From positions 34,968,001-35,032,000 of the forward strand of contig JAQFVV010000001.1 of the NCBI GenBank assembly GCA_028023455.1: a stretch of 64,000 nucleotides of DNA, read 5' to 3'. Below are positions 54,990-64,000 of the stretch, piece after piece. The first letter of the stretch is position 1. Each line of letters starts with the position of its first letter. Origin of the DNA: Epiperipatus broadwayi (taxonomy: Eukaryota; Animalia; Onychophora). Made by a program: the position numbers and the translations under genes. The notes under the pieces are model-generated. The model saw only the letters and a program-made list of their open reading frames with translations. It searched no databases and had not been told where the DNA came from.

Positions 54990-55590
54990 TCTTGATACTT
55001 TTTCAATCTTGTTTATGGTTTCACATCCTTATATAAAAGAAACCACAGATAAGATCAATAGAGTACTGAAATGCTATAACATAAAAACAACATTCTTTAC
55101 TGAACAAAAGTTTAATAGAATTTTATCAAATCTACGAATGTAATCCCTCTGGAAGTTCAAAGAGTCTGTCACATCCCATGTGTCATGTTTTTAACCTCAT
55201 ACATAGGAAGAAACAATCAATGTACAGGTTGTAGAAAATATGAGCACATTAATGCAGTAAAAAAATTGTCAATGTTTTCAGCACTTGCTCTTTATGTTTT
55301 ATACACTGCCATCACATAAATTTCTCAAATACTAACATCATATTCACATTCAACAAGTATTATCAGAAAATATTTAGGGAGGCTATAGAAATATTTAAAA
55401 AAAAAACAACTGCATTAACAAGCATGATGGAAACAGAAATAGAAGTTTCTTCACACAAATAAAAAAATTTAAAACACTGCCCAAATTTAAGCAATCTACA
55501 TGATATAATTATCTATGCTACAACCATGTTGATTATTACTGATTTTCATTTACTTGAGGACAAATGATATTTTGTTGAAATGTTGGTATT
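54990..55590 (+). mobile_element. Penelope-like element 3' fragment (linker + GIY-YIG) ending in a decayed hammerhead motif
   Basis: PYIKETTDKINRVLK.YNIKT.F, frameshifted GIY-YIG residues and EAIEI-like segment (~55377); HHR remnant at 55551-55588. Confidence 0.7.
55551..55588 (+). ncRNA. Decayed PLE hammerhead ribozyme motif
   Basis: tac-ttgagga-caaa-tgatat-tttg-tt-gaaa-tgtt-ggta: consistent with an ancestral CUGAGGA..GAAACGUU after C-to-T changes. Confidence 0.45.
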
Positions 55591-55681
55591 TATTTAATTT
55601 AATTTATAAAACACAACATGATTTAGAAAATATCATATCCCTATGAAAACTTTCATTTCAATATATATATATATTCTTTCA

Positions 55682-56070
55682 GCCTGCAGAACCAGTCTGC
55701 TTTAGCTGTAGATTTAACTTCATTTATAAATGGAATTTCTCTTTCATAAAATAATTTACCACCATTATACTTTGTTAAAAAAATATTAACCTATCATGAC
55801 TTGCTCTGCTGGTAGTCTTTGGTTTCAGTTGTAAAATAAGAAAAGTTTTACTACTTTGCTTCTCAACACTTACAGCTATAATATCCAATTACTAACTCAC
55901 ACATAAGAACTTGAATACTAGTCAAACACGGTCATCTTTTGATTAGGAGCAGCTTGGGCAGTTTATTATTGTTTTCTTTAACCTGCACAACAGGTCTGAT
56001 TAATTCCAGCACTGTAGATTTAACTTCAGTTTAACAATGAAGTTCCCAATTTATAAAATAATTTCCCAAG
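55682..56070. repeat. Diverged ~85-bp direct duplication (55682-55760, 55982-56070)
   Basis: cctgca.aac..gtctg.tt...ctgtagatttaacttca.tt...ataaaataattt occurs twice. Confidence 0.7.
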
Positions 56071-57149
56071 TATACATATATATATACTGAAATAATCAGA
56101 TTATCAAAAGCAAATCATTTTATGAAAATATTTATAAGAAAAGAATATTTTAATAAATAAAATAATTGTGGAATTTGAATGTAGATATAATCAGAAAAAT
56201 AATCAGTTTATGAATTAATAAATAGGAATGCATATATAAAAGGTAGATTTTTTGCTTTTATATTGTGACTGAATAATAGTAAAGGTAACTTTAAAGCTAA
56301 AGTTAAATAAATTAAAAAAGCTAAAGTTATATAAATTTTAAAAAACCAAGCACAGTCTTCTATTTTAAAAATAGTCCATTAATTGCAAAATTAAAGTTAT
56401 TAAATGAACAAAGTTACTGCTGTAGAAATGTAATACAAAATAAAATCGATTAGAAATTTTAGAGACAATGTAGATTTTTAAAAAATGAAAAAAACACGAT
56501 GTCTAACAGATTGAGCGGAGGATATTACGTCAGAGATTTTTGACTTTGACAAAGGAGAAGTCCCATTGTTTCAAAACAGCATACACTTTATGAGAATTGC
56601 TATTTATAACAGAAATTTAGTTTAAATAATTGGTAAAATGTATTTACATAAGCTACATTTAACTTTTTTTTTTTTTGCTTACAACATTTAATATATAAAT
56701 ATAAAATTGACAAATGTGTTTACTTTTAACCAATCAAATCTTTTAGATTTGCCTACATTCCTAGCTGCATATGTGAAATCTGGGAGTAAAACGTATAATA
56801 AAGAATTGTAATGTTGTTTTTGAAGAAAAAGGTTATAAATCGTAAACAGTGACAATTAACAGGTGACAGGAAAGTTGAGTGAGCATGAAGGATGATACGA
56901 TTCCTTTTTTTTTGTTTGAACTAGAAATTTATTTTGTAATTATGTAAATATGTAGTGTTTTAATAAAGTTTATTACTTAAAAAAAAAAAAAATCTAAAAT
57001 CATTGAAAGTCTACATATTTTAATGCTAAATTAATACAATATAAATAATATATGAACACTGGATCTATGAACTATCTGAATCTTATTAACATTGTTGCAA
57101 TGTAAAAGATATATAAATATAAAATGAATTGATTTTATGTTTGTAACAG

Positions 57150-57712
57150 AGGGCAGTGAAGTAATATTAACAGCATTGGAGAAATAGTATGGAGAGTAAA
57201 AAGAGTTTAAATATATATAGAAATAAACAGAATATTAGGTGTGAGTTAATATATGATAATAGTAAGAACAGTAGTTTATTGTTTAAGGCTCCAATGGGAT
57301 CTTTAGCTACAAGAGAATATACATGTAAATGGAAAAATCTGGGTGATTTATTTTGTAAATTATGTAAGGAAGGAATAGAAAATATTAGGCATTTGTTAAT
57401 TGAATGCAAATGCTTGAAAACAGAAAGGGTACATATAATGAAGTTATAGAAGAATAAATATGAAAAAAGTGATTATACAGAAAGTGAATTATTGGTTTTT
57501 ATGCTGGGTTTGGGAAAAGATAAGGGGGGTTTAGATATAAAGGCTATAGAGGTGTCAAAGATTATGTTGCGGAAATGGGATGGAGCAGAATATGGGAAAA
57601 CTTAGAGTGGAAAATGGAAAATAAAGTGGCTAACAGGTTTATCTGGGCATAATTGCTGAGATATTCTTGATTTCGTTTAAGGAGAAGCCACAGTACATCA
57701 CATCACATCACA
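57150..57712 (+). mobile_element. Non-LTR retrotransposon 3' fragment with CCHC zinc knuckle
   Basis: ORF 57189-57449 MESKKSLNIYR..IYDNSKNSSLLFKA..CKLCKEGIENIRHLLIEC; (ACATC)n tail near 57695-57712. Confidence 0.7.
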
Positions 57713-57735
57713 TTTGGGTAGTTCATTGATTCAGT

Positions 57736-57738
<3 letters not shown>

Positions 57739-57780
<42 letters not shown>
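57739..57780. repeat. (TA)n microsatellite, ~21 units
   Basis: Directly visible. Confidence 0.98.
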
Positions 57781-57782
<2 letters not shown>

Positions 57783-58663
57783 GTAATGATAAGTGCATTT
57801 TCCTGCCATTACCAGGACTCATAGTTTTAATCTCAGTTAACTGAAAGTTTCTTTCTATTATCTTAAAATTTGTAACCCATAATCAGTTAAGATAATCATT
57901 CTGTTATTGGCGAGTGGTTGTTATAGGCTATAACAAAGTAGTAAACCTACAAGAATCTTTATCTTAACTTTTAGAGAAATGGTTCAAGAATGGACTATTT
58001 AAATCTTTATGTTTATGTATCTATAAAAATGTTGACATTTTAAAAGTCATGAAATATTTTAAAAATGATTAAGATTAAAATACATGTATGCAGACACACT
58101 AGGATATACTTCGTACATAGATATGTGCAAAATAATTCTTTTCATAAAAACAAATACTATTTCGTAAACCCAACCAATGTTTTAAAATACTTATAGTTCA
58201 AACAAATATTAGGGTATTATATATGTTCTTCAAGGCAGATAGCAATTTGATGTTTTTCATACAAGTTTATAATTGTAAAATTGGAGCAAATCCACATTAT
58301 TAATAATTTTCCCATTTAAGCAAGTAATCTCATTTCTATTGCTGCCTCTAAAAAATAATTTTAGAATTACTTTACTGATTACGCATACATTTTAATTATA
58401 ATTATCTCACATACCTTGTAAAGCATCGATTTTGCTCATGTAATTTACGTGATTATTTTTAGATATTTCAATTGTATATGATAATTTATTATTTATGTCC
58501 GTTTTTTCAATGTTTAATAAATTATCAATTTTTATAATTAAAACATAAAAGAGCACTTTTTTTCCCTATGTTATAGCAAACATAAAAGAGCACTTAAGTA
58601 CACATTTGCATTATAAAACAAGTTGCCTTAAAGCTAGTCCTACCTATTTATAAATATGTTTAG

Positions 58664-58708
58664 CAGGTGTTAGTACTACAGATGTGATTAAACAATTAAG
58701 AGGGTGGA
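58664..58708 (+). CDS. Speculative phase-1/phase-1 exon ((A)GVSTTDVIKQLRGW)
   Basis: Tandem acceptor tagcag|, open frame, donor GGA|gtaaga; phase-compatible with exon 1a and the micro-exon, but the polypyrimidine tract is weak. Confidence 0.2.
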
Positions 58709-59229
58709 GTAAGATTGTGGTGGAACTAATTATATAATGATTGAGTACACTGAAATAGTTTTGATTTATCATAATTAATTTAATTAATTAATTATATATA
58801 TATTAAATATACTGATAATATATATATATATGTAGACAATAAAGCAATAGAAACCTCTACAGCAAAATATAATTGCATAAACACATACATTCTAGGCTGA
58901 TTATTTATGAATAACAAATAAAGGTGAGACTCACACAGAATGATAAATAGGGAAAAAAAAATCATTACCGAATAATTTACTAATAATGTTAAACATATGT
59001 GGAGTCTTTAATAATCAATTAACATGTTTTCTACCAAAACTTAAATTTTGCAAAAGAGCGTTTTCGAACTCTTTTTTTTCTTTCTATTATCATGTTTCTA
59101 CTTTGTCTTTAAACGAGTTTTTTTTTACCCTAGCTATTGTGAAGTAATTAAAAACGTTTATTAAAAAAGAAAAAGTTCTGCAGAAAACTAAATTTCTAGA
59201 TCGGTTGATAAGTTAAATCCTCTATAATT

Positions 59230-60720
59230 TGTATTATTTAATAAATTATTCAAAATAATATCCATCTTCTAAGCAATGTTATTATTTTTAAACAAATTAC
59301 TATTTTTACTTACAATTCCTTAAGAAGATTATTTAAAACGTGAAGAAATAAAATATTTTTCTTTATTCTTCATATTATTTCAATTATTAATTTCATTATA
59401 ATTACTATTAAATAAAATACTTTTAACAAATTTATCAGAGTAGCTAACATTCAAATAATCTTTATAATGATATTTTTGAACCAAAGCTATCTCTGATTTC
59501 TGTAGCAATAATTTCTTAAAGCAGCTACTTTATGAGATACATATTGATAGCTATCAGGTTTAATTATAAAAAAATACTTACTTTTAACATAGTAATTACA
59601 TACCAGACAATTACTCTTTACATTTCTTATCACCAATAAATCTAAAAATTTTAATTTAACAAAACGTAACTCCCTCTTTCTACAACTTCTTTTATGTAAT
59701 GCCACCAGCATCTGGGATAAGCAAGTCACGTTAAAGTCATACCTTTATAAGAATTACTTATATAAGTTGAGTTAATACTCTTCTTTTTTATAAAAGGATT
59801 TAGTTTATGAATCTAATATCTATAAGAAAAGATTGTTATTACTTTAATTAAGGATGCAATAAAACATTCTCATATTTTGCTTATTATTAATACTTAAAAG
59901 ATTATGTTAAATAATACACACCCTTCTCCACTGGAATGTTCTTGTTATCTCATCCACATTCTTAAATATCACACATGTATTTATCACTAAAATAGCAAGT
60001 ATTTATCAAGTATAGTATTATATTACAATATTATTTATCATCTTTTAGAGAATGTTATTATTCTTATTATATTTACATTTTATTTTATTACTAATAAAAT
60101 TAATTTTAAATTTGTTAATTATACTTTTTTTTTCATTAATTAGTTAAGGCTCATCGTCTACTTGATTTCAAATAAATAAAGTATGGTCATACAATCTTAT
60201 ACTTTTATCTGTTGCTTGAAAAAAAATATTATTCTTAATTTTATTCATTTGCACTATTTCCAGCATAACATTTTATTCACTTGAGATCAGAGCAGGCACA
60301 ATAAAACCCCTGTGATATTTAGTCATATCAATAATAAATCATTTTCATAATTTTTTTTGAGGTTAATGGTTTCTAAGGATAGTAATTTATTATATGTTGT
60401 TAAAACCCTGAGATAACTATCCAAAAACCAACTTGCTAGCCATATTATGATATGTAAATGTAGAGAAGTTATTCATTAATGTTAGATGCAGAAAAAAAGA
60501 ATCAACCCTAAGATATCAACATTGCCAATCTTGTATATACATCTACATATCAATATATTTTTTAAAAAACCTCATATTGTAACCTATTCAGAGGGGAATT
60601 TCACTTTATCCTCTGCCATTTAAAAGGCTAGATCTTACTCTGGATAATACAGAGTTGTTTTTTTTCCGTTGTCTGACAACACCATTTATCCCTAGTAATA
60701 AGTTTTCATTCATTTCTATT
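59230..60720 (-). mobile_element. Degraded Penelope-like RT region
   Basis: LASWFLDSYLRVL (~60420) and ORF 59487-59729 LKFLDLLVIR..YVSHKVAALRNYCYR (PLE RT thumb region). Confidence 0.65.
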
Positions 60721-60724
60721 GATT

Positions 60725-60829
<105 letters not shown>

Positions 60830-61875
60830 GTAAGATTGTTAAAAATGAAGCTGATAACTTCTACCTATCCAGGATACAAAAAATAATTATAACAAATTTT
60901 AATTTAATAATTAATGCAATAAGTGTGCTTCCATGGAATTCATAATTTATTTCCATGATTTGGTTAATATTGGTGATCATGCTCTATAAATTGATTGCAG
61001 GAACTAAACATGACCAATGTTTTATTTTAATTGCTATTAACTTAGGAAAATCTGTTTCACATTAGAAAATTGATGCAAATTTTATTAATATTCCTATATT
61101 GTCTTTTTGTTTTTAATTCAAAATGTTCATTTCCAATTGACAGCCAGAATTTTGGAAAAGTTTACAATTTTAATTAATTGAAATTGCAAAGCTTAGTTGT
61201 CAAAATAGCAATTACTGTTATTTTTTATTTGTGAGAATTTTCAAATTTAAATAAAATAAAAATAAATATATTTAATAACAGGAAAATATATTTTTATTTA
61301 TACTGTAAAGAAGAAAATATGTTTTCACTATTTATAATAAATATAATTTAAACACAAATATATCATCTATACAGAACTTAATGTAATTGAAGGGATTTGA
61401 AAGTCTGAGTTCAAATCTCTTCTAATTAGAATAAATATAATTATAAGAGTATTTGATAATAATAAATATGTTTAAAAATATATCTTAAATTGTAGATCTA
61501 AATATTTAATTATATATACTGAAAACTATAAGCTCAAATATAAAATATGATACATCAAAGTATGTTTATTGCAAAACAACTCAATACTAACACAGAACAC
61601 ATTAGTTCAATTTATACTATGTATTTTATGTAAATTAAATAGTAGTTTACAATGCAATTTTCAGTCATTACAACTTATTCAGGAGAGAATTATCATTGAA
61701 TAAAATAGTCTGTAAAAATACACAATTGCATTTATTATTGATATTAAAATATCATGTATAATTTTGTTTGTTATGTTTTCACTTAATTTTATTTTAAAAA
61801 AATAATGTAAAATAACAATTTGTGTCAATTGTTAATACAGAGTTTAATATAAATAAATAAAAACAAATAATATTT

Positions 61876-61911
61876 TCAAGCGCTTTCAACTCTTACGAGT
61901 CCTTATCAAGG
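61876..61911 (-). ncRNA. Minimal hammerhead ribozyme motif, left-arm copy
   Basis: Reverse complement of 62209-62244 with one stem-I mismatch. Confidence 0.6.
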
Positions 61912-62208
61912 CAGTGTAAACAATTCTATTTTCTCCTAGGTGATGAATCTAACATTTCATTGTATTGGCCAGGAACAACTAATCGGAAAGCTGGTTAATT
62001 TTGAATTCATAGCACAAGATGAATTTTGTATAATATATTAATGAATGAAGCACATGATAAAAAATGCAAGATTAAAAAATCATATATTATACAAAATTCA
62101 TCTTGTGCTATGAATTCAAAATTAACCAGCTTTCCGATTAGTTGTTCCAGGCCAATACAATGAAATGTTAGATTCATCACCTAGGAGAAAATAGAATTGT
62201 TTACACTG

Positions 62209-62244
62209 CCTTGATAAGGACTCGTAAGAGTTGAAAGCGCTTGG
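62209..62244 (+). ncRNA. Minimal type-I hammerhead ribozyme motif (U3-A8 variant), right-arm copy
   Basis: CC-UUGAUAA-G-GACUC-GUAA-GAGUU-GAAA-GCGC-U-U-GG: GNRA-capped stem II, palindromic stem III (AGCGCU), CUU cleavage triplet, 2-bp stem I. Confidence 0.7.
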
Positions 62245-64000
62245 AAATATTATTTGTTTTATTTATTTATATTAAACTCTGTATTAACAATTGACACGAA
62301 TTGTTATTTTATATTATTTTTATATTATATACAGAAGTATTATTTATTTAATTTTATTTTGAAATGTAATTATTGTTATACATAATTTGTAGAAAATATC
62401 AACTTCTGATAGTTTTTACATGACCCAAAAATTTGTGCACCATTGAATTTCAATATATATACTATGCATATGTAACAGAAGTTTATTCCCTACTCTGTTT
62501 TGTTCCAAATTTTAATTCTCTATAGTTTGAATATATCTAACCTTAATTTACATTTAATTTCTATTTATATACTGCAATGGTACAGAACAAGAGCATATCA
62601 GGCATGATGCAAATCATCATAAAAAACATCACTATTTTTACTAAGCTTAGAAATGATAAAAAAATAGCATCTGAAGACATTATAAGTAATTATAAATGAT
62701 AAATATAGCATCTCTAGTATATAATCATTAAAAAACAACAAACAGCCTTTGTCATTGAATCTAAAAGACATATAAAATTTGAGACTAACCATCATCTTCT
62801 AGACAATGTCAAACTTAGGACATAATATTTTAAAAACAACCAATATTTCATCTGCATGCATATATTTAAGTGCTAAAATATCTACAATAATAGACATATC
62901 AAAAAATTTTAGGATCTTTATATCAATGCTTGATATTATCAATGGAGGGGCATGTAATGTAATGAATGTATTGGCCACCAATAAAACTTTAATTATCATA
63001 AAATATGTAGTGTGAATAGAGATTAAAAATGATCTTCATTAACTTAATGCCATTTAAATAATTTTGAAGAAAATTATTACAGATGCCCAAACACATTTCT
63101 GTTTAAATGAGCTTTAGGATCATAAGGACCCCGGGACTTTGATCAAGAGAAAACATGCATACACTTAATCTATTCCATCATTAATAATTTCACTGGTATA
63201 ACTTAAAGTAATGATCACTACATTTATTAATTAGAATAATAACAATAATAATCATAAAATGAAAAACCTAATAAATGTTCTGTAAAACAAATACATCACT
63301 CCGGTTTTGGTTTATAAATATCATCTGTATTTACAGTGTAGTTTACATATATATAAATTGTAAGCAGCATTGAATAAACACATATCTATATGCACACACA
63401 TGTATATATAATAATATAAAATGTTTCAATCATTAAGACCCAATAAATATTCTATATTAACAAAATATAAATAATTAAATGTTAATATATATATATAATA
63501 TTGCACACGCACAAATGCGTATCTAATATAAAAATAAAATATTTCATTTGTCAATTTTAATTATCTTTATTATTGCCTTGTGAGTGAGATTTATTTTAAA
63601 AATGTATGCAAGAAAAAATAAACTAATTGGGACAATTCTCTTTGCCAGAAGAGAGAATAAAAGTTAAAACCTAAAGAACATTTAAGAAGACTTTCAAAAA
63701 AGTAATATTTCTTTATTTTAAAACATTTGCTTACAATTTATACGTAATATACATACTAGAGACAGAAGATTTTTTTTTATTGATGATGTTTCAGTGCTGG
63801 AATCTCTCAAAACTACTAGATTGCTCTTCAGTGATATCTCAACTCATTTCAGCTTCAATCATGGGTTTCAAAACACCACAGAAAATGTTTCTTACTTCTA
63901 TAGAAATTCAAACTCAACCAATGTGTAATTAGTAGGAATATAACTTTTCTGTAGTCTCTCCAATTTAATAATTATTAGTAAATATAAACCTACTACTTAT

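Larger units (their letters stand above)
61798..62321. repeat. Palindrome of two inverted PLE termini (~240-bp arms, ~98% identical, 43-nt spacer)
   Basis: 61798-62038 is the reverse complement of 62082-62321 with about 4 substitutions and 1 indel; each arm carries a hammerhead motif. Confidence 0.95.

Noticed and set aside
62598-63015. Three overlapping short ORFs as a gene or transposase
   Set aside because: No recognisable motifs; compatible with chance ORFs in AT-rich DNA.

Overview
Very AT-rich eukaryotic DNA, probably from an arthropod or other invertebrate (inferred from TCAGTT-type initiators and the transposon content). It is mostly intronic or intergenic sequence filled with decayed mobile elements, and no long host ORF is present; most ORF-track entries are transposon debris or chance frames. 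Recognisable content: (1) at least five Penelope-like retroelement (PLE) remnants, several ending in minimal hammerhead-ribozyme (HHR) motifs, including a ~525-bp, ~98%-identical palindrome at 61.8-62.3 kb made of two inverted HHR-bearing PLE termini; (2) several RTE-clade LINEs, including a nested stack at 34.8-39.35 kb (old RTE containing a hAT MITE and a young, internally deleted RTE); (3) hAT, Harbinger, Merlin, mariner and BEL/Pao remnants, foldback elements, tRNA-derived SINE heads and microsatellites; (4) three + strand TATA/initiator promoters with about -30 spacing (near 8978, 49821 and 52225), each followed by a short coding first exon and a splice donor, plus a 29-nt micro-exon. These suggest the 5' end of an unidentified multi-promoter gene. 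All protein assignments come from motif recognition by eye, not database searches, and boundaries of degraded elements are approximate. No new biological system is demonstrated; the best leads are the HHR palindrome, the multi-promoter gene with E-box/TEAD composite motifs, and the bipartite RTE.
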